Positions 1-8,570 of a DNA stretch of 64,000 nucleotides are shown here, in pieces. Within the stretch, counting starts at the first letter, position 1; every line of letters begins with the position of its first letter. The DNA comes from Chloroflexota bacterium (GTDB taxonomy: Bacteria > Chloroflexota > Anaerolineae > UBA4142). The position numbers were made by a program, and so were the translations under genes. The notes under the pieces are model-generated. The model saw nothing but the letters and a program-made list of their open reading frames with translations. It searched no databases and was not told where the DNA came from. The stretch is taken from contig JACQYF010000016.1 in assembly GCA_016208315.1 (NCBI GenBank), forward strand, positions 648 through 64,647. The letters are read 5' to 3'.

Positions 1-1040
1 GCCTTGGACGGGCAGGCATCCGCGCATTTGGTGCATGCCTGGCAGAACGCGAACAAGCCCGCGTCAATCGGCTTGGTCGTCGCGATGGGCAGATCGGTCA
101 ACAGCTTAAAGACACGCACCATCGGCCCGTACTCGGGTGTGATCAGGCGATTGTAGCGTGACATTTCGCCCAAGCCCGCAAACACGCCCAACGCCGGCGC
201 GATGGCCAGCGCGTTGGTGCTCGATTCGCCGAGCGCCATATAGCCCAGGGCTTTCAGGAACGTCTGCGCGCGAAGCTGGATGCTGCGGTTGAGCGTGTAG
301 GTGAGACTGGTCGTCAGCGAGCCGAGCACGGCCGGCGCGCGCTTGAGCGTTTCCTGCGACATCTGCACAGTATAGACGATGGCCGTGCGCGCTTTTTTCG
401 GGATGATGCGCTGCTTGTCGTTTTCCGCCGGCATGTCCACGTCCGCGATGACCATTTCCTTTTTGTCGGGGTCAATCGAGTAGATCAGCTTCTCGGTGGT
501 GTTCGTCTCCAATTGCACAAAACCGACCGTCGCCGCGCCCATGTGCCGCATGGCAACCGTGACCATGCGCGCGGCGTCTTCCGGCGAGCCGGTCCATGCG
601 GGCACGCCGCGTTTGTCCGGGGTCGTCACCTGGGGGCCGAGGAAGCTCTGCGCGCCGGCGCCCGCGCCGCAAGCATCTTGCAGCGCGAAATCCTTGAGCG
701 TATAACCCGGTTTGCTCGTCTTCAAAAAGCGATCGAGATTGTCCGACCGCATCTGCTGGAGTTTGTCGTACCGGTCTTTGGGGATGTACTTGGGCTCGTG
801 GCGCAGCGTCTCCATCTCGCTGTACCGCTGAACCTTGGGCCAGTCCACCTCCATCGTGATCTTGTCCACGGTCTTGACCCACGCGGGCCGCGCGGCCGGA
901 CCGGGCTTCCAACTATCATCTGCGCGTTCCAGGAACGAGTCGAGCGAATCACCATCGGCCATGGCGGGGGCCAGCGACACCCCTGCGCCCACTAGCCCGA
1001 GATCTTTCAAAAATTCGCGACGTGTGAGGTTTTCGGGCAT
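1..1040 (-). CDS. rdhA: Reductive dehalogenase catalytic subunit paralog (RdhA-like), 3' end cut by the window edge
   Basis: Absent from the ORF track because it runs off the edge. My translation from ATG 1040-1038 gives MPENLTRREFLKDLGLVGAGVSLAPA... (twin-arginine signal). It stays colinear with the 1410..2804 protein down to CQACTKCADACP at the edge. RBS CAGGAGGA lies just upstream. Confidence 0.85.
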   Translation of the reverse strand, partial: MPENLTRREFLKDLGLVGAGVSLAPAMADGDSLDSFLERADDSWKPGPAARPAWVKTVDKITMEVDWPKVQRYSEMETLRHEPKYIPKDRYDKLQQMRSDNLDRFLKTSKPGYTLKDFALQDACGAGAGAQSFLGPQVTTPDKRGVPAWTGSPEDAARMVTVAMRHMGAATVGFVQLETNTTEKLIYSIDPDKKEMVIADVDMPAENDKQRIIPKKARTAIVYTVQMSQETLKRAPAVLGSLTTSLTYTLNRSIQLRAQTFLKALGYMALGESSTNALAIAPALGVFAGLGEMSRYNRLITPEYGPMVRVFKLLTDLPIATTKPIDAGLFAFCQACTKCADACPSK

Positions 1041-1056
1041 CTTGATCCTCCTGGAA

Positions 1057-1080
1057 GTGGGGAGCGCATGCGCTCCCCAC
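1057..1080 (-). other. Intercistronic 24-nt perfect palindrome (stem-loop) between rdhB and the second rdhA
   Basis: GTGGGGAGCGCATGCGCTCCCCAC is its own reverse complement. It lies in the 49-nt spacer directly upstream of the RBS of the 1..1040 gene. Confidence 0.6.
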
Positions 1081-1089
1081 CCATCCAAC

Positions 1090-1401
1090 CTAAGCTTTGG
1101 CGGGCGCAGCCGTGGGCGCTTTCACACCCTTCTGTCGCCGCCACACGAGGAACATGGCAATCGCTTCGAAAATCAACGCGGGCACTCCAAAGATCGCGAG
1201 CAGAACCCACGCCGCGCCCGGCTCCAGTTCAGCGATCGACGCGCTAAAGTTCTGAATCGCGAGCAAGGCGAACCCGACGGCGAGCGCGGTCAGCAGCCAC
1301 TCGTACCAGGCGACGCGGATTTTCTTGCTGCGCGTCCAACCGATGAGCCACCAGCCGCCAACCCCAATGATCAATCCGAGAATCAGCCAGAACATGTTCA
1401 T
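1090..1401 (-). CDS. rdhB: RdhB-like small membrane anchor (about 3 TM helices)
   Basis: 103 aa, three hydrophobic stretches and a basic tail. It starts 8 nt after the rdhA stop, with AAGGAGG overlapping that stop. Position and size are typical of rdhB. Confidence 0.7.
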   Translation of the reverse strand: MNMFWLILGLIIGVGGWWLIGWTRSKKIRVAWYEWLLTALAVGFALLAIQNFSASIAELEPGAAWVLLAIFGVPALIFEAIAMFLVWRRQKGVKAPTAAPAKA

Positions 1402-1409
1402 GCCTCCTT

Positions 1410-2804
1410 TTAGGCGTATCCGTCTCGATGGCCCTGTGTCGTGTCAATGCCGTACTCGGGCAAATCGAGTTTCCACCACGCTTCGGGATCCTTGAGCGGT
1501 TGACCGGAGATGCCGGGGTGTCCATAGAGAAGATCGTCCACGGTCTTGGCAAACCCGCCCCAGCCCGGCACATACGAACTCATCACGTTGTTGATCTGGT
1601 GATAGAACGCCGCGTTCTTGGTCGCGAACGGGCAGACGGCGAAGCAAATGCCGCAGTTCGTGCCGACTTCGTACCAGTAGGACCGGCACTTGGTCGAGTC
1701 TTCATAGAATGCCTTGTGGCCCGCATTGTTCCAGCCGCCGCGGACTGTCCACGTTGGCTCGTCGTCGAAACTCAAAGCTTTCGAGGGACACGCTTCGGCA
1801 CACTTTTTGCACGCTTTGCAGAACGCCAACAGCCCCGCGTCAATCGGTTTCGTCGGCGCGAGGGGCAGGTCGGTGACCAGCTTGAACACGCGCGCATTCG
1901 GTCCGTACTCCGGCGTCAAAACGCGATTGTAACGTGAGAGTTCACCCAGCCCGGCCAACACGCCGAACGCCGGCGAGATGCCGAGCGCATTCGTGCTCGC
2001 CTCGCCAAGCGCCAGGTAGCCAAGCGCTTTCAGGAAGGTCTGGATGCGGAGTTGGATGCTGCGATTGAGCGTGTAGGTCAACGTGGTCGTCTGCGAACCC
2101 AGGATAGTCGGCCCGAGCTTCATCGTTTCTTGCGACATCTGCACGGTGTAGACGATGACCCAGCGCGCCTTTTTGGGGATGATACGCTGCTTGTCGTTCT
2201 CGGCGGGCATCGCGGCATCCGAGATGACCATCTCTTTGCCGTCGGGATCGTTCGCGTAGATCAACTTTTCGGTCGTATCCGTCTCGAGCTGCACGAAACC
2301 GATCGTCGCCGCGCCCATGTGGCGCATTGCGGCAGTGACCATTTGCGCCGCTTCTTCCGGCGTGCCCGTCCATTTCGACACACCGCGTTTCTCGGGTGTC
2401 GTCACATCCGGGCCGAGGAAACTCTGCGCGCCGGCGCCTTGGCCGGTCGCATCTTTCAGCGCCACGTCTTTGAGCGTATAGCCCGGCTTGTTCTGCTTCA
2501 GAAAGCGGTCCAGATTCTCGGCCTGAAGCTTGGTGAGCTTGTCCAGGCGCTCTTGCCCGACGTACTTGACAAAGCCGCCGCGGCAGGTGTTGCGTTCGTC
2601 GTAGCGGTTCACCTTCGGCCAGTCAATTTCGGTAGTGGCTTTGCCCACGGTCTTGACCCAGCTCGGACGCTTCAGGACTGGCGTTTTTTCATAATCCCAA
2701 GCGCCTGCGGCACTTGCTTCCACGGCCGCGGGTGCCAGCGACACACCCACGCCGAGCAGACCGAGGTCTTTGAGGAATTCACGACGAGTCAAATTCAATG
2801 CCAT
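1410..2804 (-). CDS. rdhA: Reductive dehalogenase catalytic subunit (RdhA)
   Basis: 464 aa. It has a Tat motif TRREFLK plus an AxA-type signal, and Fe-S motifs CKACKKCAEACP and CGICFAVCP near the C-terminus. Length and layout are typical of RdhA. Confidence 0.9.
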   Translation of the reverse strand: MALNLTRREFLKDLGLLGVGVSLAPAAVEASAAGAWDYEKTPVLKRPSWVKTVGKATTEIDWPKVNRYDERNTCRGGFVKYVGQERLDKLTKLQAENLDRFLKQNKPGYTLKDVALKDATGQGAGAQSFLGPDVTTPEKRGVSKWTGTPEEAAQMVTAAMRHMGAATIGFVQLETDTTEKLIYANDPDGKEMVISDAAMPAENDKQRIIPKKARWVIVYTVQMSQETMKLGPTILGSQTTTLTYTLNRSIQLRIQTFLKALGYLALGEASTNALGISPAFGVLAGLGELSRYNRVLTPEYGPNARVFKLVTDLPLAPTKPIDAGLLAFCKACKKCAEACPSKALSFDDEPTWTVRGGWNNAGHKAFYEDSTKCRSYWYEVGTNCGICFAVCPFATKNAAFYHQINNVMSSYVPGWGGFAKTVDDLLYGHPGISGQPLKDPEAWWKLDLPEYGIDTTQGHRDGYA

Positions 2805-2886
2805 TTTGCACCCCCTTGATGCATGTTGAAAAATGTTCCGGATAGAGTTCTACTTGCGTACTTGCTGGTGTACCTCCTTTTCCGCA

Positions 2887-3273
2887 CTACTGGAAGTTGA
2901 CCTTCATCCGGATTTCGGGATGAATGGTACATCCAATTGCGAATTCGCCGGTTTTGCTCGGCGCGCTCCACAGTCGGCGCACCGTTTGTCCGGGCTTGAC
3001 GATGATTTCTTTTAGCCCTACGTCCTGGCCGACCAGATTGTGATCGTCTTGCTTGTCGGTGTTCTTGATAACAAAAAGAACTTTGGCGCCGGGTTTGATG
3101 TTCACCTTGTCCGGCATGATCTCGGTGGATGTAAAGGTCAACTCCACGATTTGAGCCCCTTCAGCGCCCGCGGGCACCGGTTCGTCCATCACGACGGGTT
3201 GCTGGCCGCCTCCACACGCGACGAGCGCCAACGCAAGCATTCCCAACACGACGAGCACTAGTACAGTTCGCAT
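2887..3273 (-). CDS. Cupredoxin (type-1 blue copper) lipoprotein
   Basis: Lipobox LVAC. Copper ligands are His in DDHNL plus C-x2-H-x4-M in GCTIHPEIRM. RBS AAAGGAGG. Confidence 0.75.
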   Translation of the reverse strand: MRTVLVLVVLGMLALALVACGGGQQPVVMDEPVPAGAEGAQIVELTFTSTEIMPDKVNIKPGAKVLFVIKNTDKQDDHNLVGQDVGLKEIIVKPGQTVRRLWSAPSKTGEFAIGCTIHPEIRMKVNFQ

Positions 3274-3328
3274 TCCTTTTGCCTCCTTTTGATTTTTTCA
3301 AACTCGGCTCAATCCACGTGAGCCATAT

Positions 3329-3850
3329 TCAATCATCCGAATCGCCAACCTTCGGCTTGGCGTCCCCGGCCTGCAGGAAACGCGTATTGGTGTATTCCGT
3401 ATGACACGGCGTGCCGCACTTGTAGACAAACGGCTCGTGCCCACGATGACAGTCCGCGCACGGAGTCTGCCCTTCGTGTGATTTGTGAGGATTGGGGTTG
3501 ACCTTTTGAGTCTTTTCGGCTAAAGCCGTGTAAGAGCCAGAATGACAAGTAAGGCACGTTTGGACTTCTGGCACGGCGGTCGGCGGCATGGTTTTGTGGC
3601 ATGTATCGCAGCCCATACCTTTGGCAGCATGCTTGCCGTCTAAATAGGGCGAAGTTGCGACCGCTTTGATGATTTGCTCGACACTGCGCGGGCCCCGCGT
3701 GGGCAGAGGTGGTGAGGTGGGTGATGGGATGACGACTAGCGTAGGCATGGGCGTGGGGGTCGCCTTGGGCCCGCAAGCGGCGAGCAACAAGAGTAACAGC
3801 GCACACAACGCAAACGCGATCCATATAGCCACAAAGCGATCTTTTGACAT
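3329..3850 (-). CDS. Tetraheme c-type cytochrome lipoprotein
   Basis: Lipobox LAAC followed by a Pro/Thr linker. Heme motifs are CDTCH, CLTCH, CADCH and a CX3CH variant CGTPCH. Confidence 0.85.
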   Translation of the reverse strand: MSKDRFVAIWIAFALCALLLLLLAACGPKATPTPMPTLVVIPSPTSPPLPTRGPRSVEQIIKAVATSPYLDGKHAAKGMGCDTCHKTMPPTAVPEVQTCLTCHSGSYTALAEKTQKVNPNPHKSHEGQTPCADCHRGHEPFVYKCGTPCHTEYTNTRFLQAGDAKPKVGDSDD

Positions 3851-3857
3851 TCCGATT

Positions 3858-4286
3858 CTATTTCTTCTCCTTCCTCAAAGATGAGTTTGCCGTGCTGTCC
3901 TTGGCCCTCCGGGCTTCCATCAACTTGTTGACCAGACCGGGCAGTCCCGTGCCGATCCGGTCCTTCCTGAGACAAGCACTCGCGCCGTTCTTCTTGGCGG
4001 CCCGCGTGTAACGTTCGTCGTCTTCGTCCGTCAGCAAGATGACTTGAGCTTGCGGCGCTTTGCCGAGCCAAAGGGGGACCGCCTGCAAGCTGCACATATC
4101 GGGAAGGTGAATATCCGCGATCACGACATCGGGTGCGCGGTCGGCGAGCAGCTTGACGGCTTGCTCGGCATTCGGCGCTTCGCCGATGATCTCAAATCCA
4201 AGCACACGTTGCAGGGCGCGGCGGATCTGTTCGCACAGTGAGGGGTGAGGTTCCACGGAGACGAGTTTTATGCGAGTTATTTCCAT
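3858..4286 (-). CDS. Stand-alone receiver (REC) domain response regulator
   Basis: 142 aa with a CheY-like layout (VVIADIHLPD, ILLTDEDD, ACLRK) and no output domain. The N-terminal acidic pair is degenerate (SVEPHP). Confidence 0.7.
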   Translation of the reverse strand: MEITRIKLVSVEPHPSLCEQIRRALQRVLGFEIIGEAPNAEQAVKLLADRAPDVVIADIHLPDMCSLQAVPLWLGKAPQAQVILLTDEDDERYTRAAKKNGASACLRKDRIGTGLPGLVNKLMEARRAKDSTANSSLRKEKK

Positions 4287-4380
4287 GCTCTTACTATGTA
4301 CGCTAATATCGCTTTACTGACAATCAGTACAATTATCTAGATTACCTAGTTAGGGTATCTATCCTCGCCGAAATAGAACA
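4287..4380 (-). promoter_or_regulatory. AT-rich probable promoter region for the REC-cytochrome-cupredoxin-rdh genes
   Basis: Markedly lower GC than its surroundings. The minus strand carries TTGTCA-17 nt-TACATA. It lies directly after two terminator-like hairpins. Confidence 0.3.
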
Positions 4381-4439
4381 GCCGCGAGCGGGAATCCCGC
4401 TCGCGGCTGTTCGTAGGACAAATTGCCAATTTGTCCTAC
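4381..4439 (-). terminator. Two tandem perfect hairpins downstream of the NarL-type regulator
   Basis: GCCGCGAGCGGGAATCCCGCTCGCGGC (4381-4407) and GTAGGACAAATTGCCAATTTGTCCTAC (4413-4439). There is no strong T-tract, so this may be a REP-like element rather than an intrinsic terminator. Confidence 0.45.
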
Positions 4440-4445
4440 AAGGCC

Positions 4446-5120
4446 CTACGAAGAATTCAGTTCGATCAGCCCAAAGCGCACGGCGCACTTGATCAATTCG
4501 GTGCGATTGTGCGTGCCGAGTTTTTGATAGATGTTCGCGCGATGGCACATCACCGTCTTTTTGCTCAACGATAAAAGCTCGGCGATTTCCTGACTGGTGC
4601 GCCCTTCGGCGACGAGCTTGAGAACCTCTTTCTCCCGCTCGGTCAAGCCCGGCCCGTCCTCCGGCAGCTCGGGCTGTTCTCGCTCGCGATAATTCGCGAG
4701 CAGGACCTTGGCGATAGAAGGCGGCACGAAGCACTCACCGCGACAAACCGTGCGAATCGCCGTCACTAGCTCCGCCCCGACCGAGCGCTTGAGGACGTAG
4801 CCCACGGCCCCGGCTTGCAGGACCGGCAGAATGTACCGCTCGTTATCGTGCTGACTCAAAACCAAGACTTTGGTTTGCGGACTCTGCTTGGCAATTCGCC
4901 GCGTGGCCTCCAGCCCGTCCATCCCCGGCATGGCCATGTCCATAATGACGACGTGTGGAGCGAGCCGTTCGATCGCCGCCAGCGCTTCCCTCCCATCGGC
5001 CGCCTCGCCGACAACCTGAATATCGTCGGAGAGCGCCAGCATCGCCCTCAATCCGTCGCGCAAAATCGCGTGGTCATCTACGAGCAGAACGCGTATCCGG
5101 TCCATTACTCGGTGCTCCAT
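4446..5120 (-). CDS. NarL/LuxR-family response regulator
   Basis: REC domain (VLLVDDH, VIMDMAMPGMDG) plus a C-terminal LuxR-type HTH (LTEREKEVLKLVAEGRTSQEIA). The start may be Met at 5105. Confidence 0.9.
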   Translation of the reverse strand: MEHRVMDRIRVLLVDDHAILRDGLRAMLALSDDIQVVGEAADGREALAAIERLAPHVVIMDMAMPGMDGLEATRRIAKQSPQTKVLVLSQHDNERYILPVLQAGAVGYVLKRSVGAELVTAIRTVCRGECFVPPSIAKVLLANYREREQPELPEDGPGLTEREKEVLKLVAEGRTSQEIAELLSLSKKTVMCHRANIYQKLGTHNRTELIKCAVRFGLIELNSS

Positions 5121-6951
5121 TCACGGGAATGGCCGCCACAAAGCGCGTGCCTTGTCCCGGCTGGGATTCGATCTGCATTTTTCCGCCAAAGAGCGCGACG
5201 CGTTCGCGGATGCCCATTAGCCCCAGCGAAGTGCTGTCACCGCGCCGGGCCAGGACCCCGTCCGGCGAAAAGCCGCGGCCGTCGTCCTCCACTTCCAGCG
5301 TGATGAGCGCATCTCGAAAATCCAGCATAATGCTGACGGTCTCGGCTTTCGCGTGCCGGGCAATATTGCTGATCGCCTCTTGAGCGATGCGAAATACTAC
5401 GGTCTCCACTTCCGAAGGCAAGCGCTTTTCGACGCCAATCGTTTCGAGACTGACGGACACCCCTTGAGATTCGAGGCGGCTCTCCGCGAACCAGTCTATC
5501 GCCTGGACCAGTCCGAGGTCATCCAGGATCGCCGGTCGCAGGGCGAGAATGATCCTTTGAATCTCGCGCAGCATGTTCGTCGCCAGCGGCTTGATCGAGT
5601 CCATGCGCTTTTTCATTTCCGCCACGCTCTCGGCGGGCGCGGTCGTGGCGGTCTCCAGGCCCACGACGAGGGCGGTCAATGCCTGGCTCGTTTCGTCGTG
5701 CAATTCCCGCGCCAGGGCGCGCCGCTCTTCTTCCTGCGCGACCACGAGTTTCCGCAGCAGTTCGCGGCGTCCTTGCTCGGCCTCGTCGAGTTCGGTGGTG
5801 CGCTTTTCCACTCTGCGTTCCAGTTCCTGATTCCAGTCCTGAATCTCGTTGAGAGAACTCTTTAACTTTTCGCGCATTGTGTTGAACGAGCGCGCCAACG
5901 CGCTAACTTCGCCGCCGCCGCCCAGCGGCGAAATCGGCCGCGCGAGGTCTCCCGCGGCGATGCGCTGACATTCCGCGGTGAGACTCTGGATGGGTCTGAC
6001 AACGCTGCGGGTCAAGACCCACGCGACCACCAAGGTGATGAACAAGGCCCCCGCGCCAAACAGGAACAAGTTCTGTTCCAGGGAACGGCTATAAGCCATG
6101 GCCTCGGTTTCATCCTGCTGGACGACGATACCCCAGGGGGCGTTAGATAACGAGGCGAAGGCCATGACGCCGTCTTGTTTCTTCAGATCGCGCGAGTTGG
6201 TGTGGCAATCGTGACATTGCCCCACGATGTTGCCGCGTTCCCGGATAAGGGTCTCAAAGCGATCCCCGTAACGGCAGTTTTGCCAGGACTGTTCTTCCCA
6301 CGTGCTCGCCAACGGGAACCCCTCTTCGTCCACGATTTCGGCGTATCCTGTTTTTCCCAATCCCAACGGCCCGAGCAGTTGGCTGATGCTCGGATGTCTC
6401 AAGTTGACGGCCGCGTAGACCAGACCGTTGACCGAGCCATCGGCTCGTTTGGTCGCGGTGAGAATCGCGGCGCTTGGCTCGACTTTTTGGGACGCGAGGA
6501 ATCCGGAAACGAGAGATTTTCCTGAACTGAGGACCTGCGCAATGTACCGATTGGAGGAAAGGTCGGCGCCAACCAGATCCGGCATATAGGGTTCGGTCCA
6601 AACCACCGTACCCTGGCGATCCAGCAGCGCGATATAGAGCACGAAATCGCCGAGATGCTGTCCGACCTTTGCGAGTTCGGGGCCGTGCATCGTGCGCGAC
6701 GCGTGGTCGGGATCAACCGAATTCTGTTCCACGCCGGTTTGCAGCGCGGCGACCTTTTCGCGCAGCAAGTCGTCCACTCGCTGCGCGGTGATCTGCGCGA
6801 TGAGGAGCCGCTCTTGCATCGTTCGCTGGGTGCTATCGCGGACGGCTTGCAGACTGAGCAGCGCAAAGCCGGCGAACATGAGCAACAGGCCGATGGTCAC
6901 CAAGCTAATGACGCGCGCAAAGAGACTGAGGGAAACAGAGGGTCGTCGCAT
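5074..6951 (-). CDS. Sensor histidine kinase (HisKA_3/NarX type) with a large extracytoplasmic domain carrying CXXCH
   Basis: Two TM segments flank an extracytoplasmic domain of about 250 aa. This is followed by a HAMP-like region, the H-box ELHDETSQALTAL, and an HATPase domain (GRGF, GLMGIRERV). CHDCH is at aa 246-250. Confidence 0.9.
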   Translation of the reverse strand: MRRPSVSLSLFARVISLVTIGLLLMFAGFALLSLQAVRDSTQRTMQERLLIAQITAQRVDDLLREKVAALQTGVEQNSVDPDHASRTMHGPELAKVGQHLGDFVLYIALLDRQGTVVWTEPYMPDLVGADLSSNRYIAQVLSSGKSLVSGFLASQKVEPSAAILTATKRADGSVNGLVYAAVNLRHPSISQLLGPLGLGKTGYAEIVDEEGFPLASTWEEQSWQNCRYGDRFETLIRERGNIVGQCHDCHTNSRDLKKQDGVMAFASLSNAPWGIVVQQDETEAMAYSRSLEQNLFLFGAGALFITLVVAWVLTRSVVRPIQSLTAECQRIAAGDLARPISPLGGGGEVSALARSFNTMREKLKSSLNEIQDWNQELERRVEKRTTELDEAEQGRRELLRKLVVAQEEERRALARELHDETSQALTALVVGLETATTAPAESVAEMKKRMDSIKPLATNMLREIQRIILALRPAILDDLGLVQAIDWFAESRLESQGVSVSLETIGVEKRLPSEVETVVFRIAQEAISNIARHAKAETVSIMLDFRDALITLEVEDDGRGFSPDGVLARRGDSTSLGLMGIRERVALFGGKMQIESQPGQGTRFVAAIPVNGAPSNGPDTRSARR

Positions 6952-6963
6952 GAAAAGTTGTGT

Positions 6964-7012
6964 CTAAAAACGACGAGCGCCTCCAGGGCGCAATTGCACC
7001 CCGAAGGCGCTC
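6964..7012 (-). terminator. Stem-loop plus T5 tract immediately upstream of the kinase start (terminator or leader attenuator)
   Basis: Minus strand reads GAGCGCCTTCGGGGTGCAATTGCGCCCTGGAGGCGCTC followed by GTCGTTTTTAG. Only about 12 nt separate it from the kinase ATG. Confidence 0.4.
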
Positions 7013-7133
7013 CTCACCTTCGAAAGAAATCCAAATGCCTTCATCAGCATTCGCCTAAACTGTTACCAGTTTAAGCACCGCAAGTCCAAACCCGGTCAAA
7101 ACTTGGTGTGATTTGTGTCCGATGCCGAACTTT

Positions 7134-7180
7134 TCTACGACACTCCGCAAAGGGCGCTACGTGTCTTACTACAAACTTTT
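7134..7180. repeat. Copy of the ACTCCGCAAAG-GCGCT / CTACGAAC repeat family
   Basis: GACACTCCGCAAAGGGCGCTACGTGTCTTACTACAAAC closely matches 12218-12255. It also matches the reverse complement of 60246-60285. Confidence 0.6.
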
Positions 7181-7663
7181 CTACCTCCCGGCAAACTGGG
7201 CGCCCAGCACAGCGGCCAAGGCATCCTTTACTTTGGGTTCATCGCCGACATAGAGCGCGATCACCCGGCCCTTTTTGTAGAAATGGGGCGGCGCGACCCA
7301 ACTGATCATCGTGGTCCCAACCGGGCTTCCTGCCGGAGAGACCGTGGCGGCTTGCTGCTCCATTGCGGCATTATCGGAAAATTCATACACCTGCACGTCG
7401 CCGCCATTGACCTTGACGATTCGTCCCCTGACCGTAAAAAACAGTTGCTCGACGTTCCCCGCCGGCTCAACTGTCGCGCCCGCCGCGCGCAGCGCCGCGA
7501 CCAGTTCATTATATCCGCCGATCGAATTTCCTGATGGCGAGACGCTGGGCGCGCCCGCCGGCGGGGCTGAGCTGGGGGGCGTCTCCGCCGCACAGGCGAC
7601 GACACCCCCAAGAAGCACAATGAACATGCCGACGACCATCATCGTCCATTTGAGCATGGTCAA
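7181..7663 (-). CDS. Hypothetical lipoprotein
   Basis: Signal peptide with lipobox VVAC followed by a Pro/Ser-rich linker. It lies 1 nt downstream of the metalloprotease gene. Confidence 0.55.
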   Translation of the reverse strand: MTMLKWTMMVVGMFIVLLGGVVACAAETPPSSAPPAGAPSVSPSGNSIGGYNELVAALRAAGATVEPAGNVEQLFFTVRGRIVKVNGGDVQVYEFSDNAAMEQQAATVSPAGSPVGTTMISWVAPPHFYKKGRVIALYVGDEPKVKDALAAVLGAQFAGR

Positions 7664-7664
7664 C

Positions 7665-8441
7665 TCACTGAACCCAAATCACGAACGTGAACACCTTGTG
7701 CCCGCCGCCAAAATCGCGCTCGAATATCGCGGCGCGTTTGTTGGCCGATGCTCTGATCTCCCGGCCCCACGCGCTCCGCGCTTCGAGATCGGCGTTTTGC
7801 ATCTGCTCCGGCACGCTGCGGAGAGTCGTGGTGCTGTCCAGGTGCGCGTAGATGGCGGCCAATTGGTCATAGTCGTGCTGGTTCGGGTGCGTACTCTTGG
7901 TGTCGGAATTGCTCGTGTTGTAGTAATAGTCCATGCAGGTGTTGAGCGATGCGCCGGATTCATCCTGATGATCCAGCCCCAGCGTATGCCCGATCTCCTG
8001 GCACATCACGTGTTGCCGCTCGTTGATGTTGTTGTAGGCGGCCATGTTAAAGTACGTATCGTTGACCTTGACCACACCCTGTGTAATGTGGCTGCCGCTG
8101 ATCCAGATCTGCGCCAGTCCTAGCCAGCCGTTTTGGCCGTAAGCGTAGTTGCACACTTCCACGCTCCCGTTCGTGGGACGGCAGCGCCGACGGCCGGTGC
8201 CGCCGGAAACGATATTCGTATTCAATACATTGGACTTGGTCCAATCCGCCGACGCCATCTCGAAATAGGTTTGCCAGGTCGAGTTGACGTTATCGCCCAA
8301 CTTGAGCGTGAACGGATTGCTCGTGCGCGCCCAGTGATAGTTGCCCCACGCATTGTTCGCGCTGGCATCGGAGGGGAAAGCCAAGCCGGCCGCGATCGCG
8401 GCCAGAACGACGATCAAGCTGAGAAGTGTGAACTTGTTCAT
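7665..8441 (-). CDS. Secreted metzincin-like metallopeptidase
   Basis: Signal peptide MNKFTLLSLIVVLAAIAAGLA. The extended zinc motif QEIGHTLGLDHQDE has Gln where the first His is expected. RBS AAGGAG lies 9 nt upstream of ATG 8441. Confidence 0.7.
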   Translation of the reverse strand: MNKFTLLSLIVVLAAIAAGLAFPSDASANNAWGNYHWARTSNPFTLKLGDNVNSTWQTYFEMASADWTKSNVLNTNIVSGGTGRRRCRPTNGSVEVCNYAYGQNGWLGLAQIWISGSHITQGVVKVNDTYFNMAAYNNINERQHVMCQEIGHTLGLDHQDESGASLNTCMDYYYNTSNSDTKSTHPNQHDYDQLAAIYAHLDSTTTLRSVPEQMQNADLEARSAWGREIRASANKRAAIFERDFGGGHKVFTFVIWVQ

Positions 8442-8501
8442 TGTGATTTTCTCCTTGAATATAAACGTATAACGCAAACGGGGCAGAGTTGTTACGCCAA
8501 G

Positions 8502-8544
8502 CCAAAAAAAGAAAAACTCTCAAAGAGCGTTCGCTCTTTGAGAG
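8502..8544 (-). terminator. Rho-independent terminator of metK
   Basis: Perfect 13-bp stem CTCTCAAAGAGCG/CGCTCTTTGAGAG followed on the minus strand by TTTTTCTTTTTTTGG. It lies 27 nt after the metK stop. Confidence 0.85.
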
Positions 8545-8570
8545 TCGGCGATGTTCGGTTCGTTGACGAA

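Noticed and set aside
5074-5120. A 32-47-nt overlap between the kinase 3' end and the regulator 5' end as a sign of frameshift or fusion
   Set aside because: Both frames are intact with complete domains. The overlap is compatible with a slightly later regulator start (Met 5105) and a non-conserved kinase tail. There is no evidence of a frameshift.
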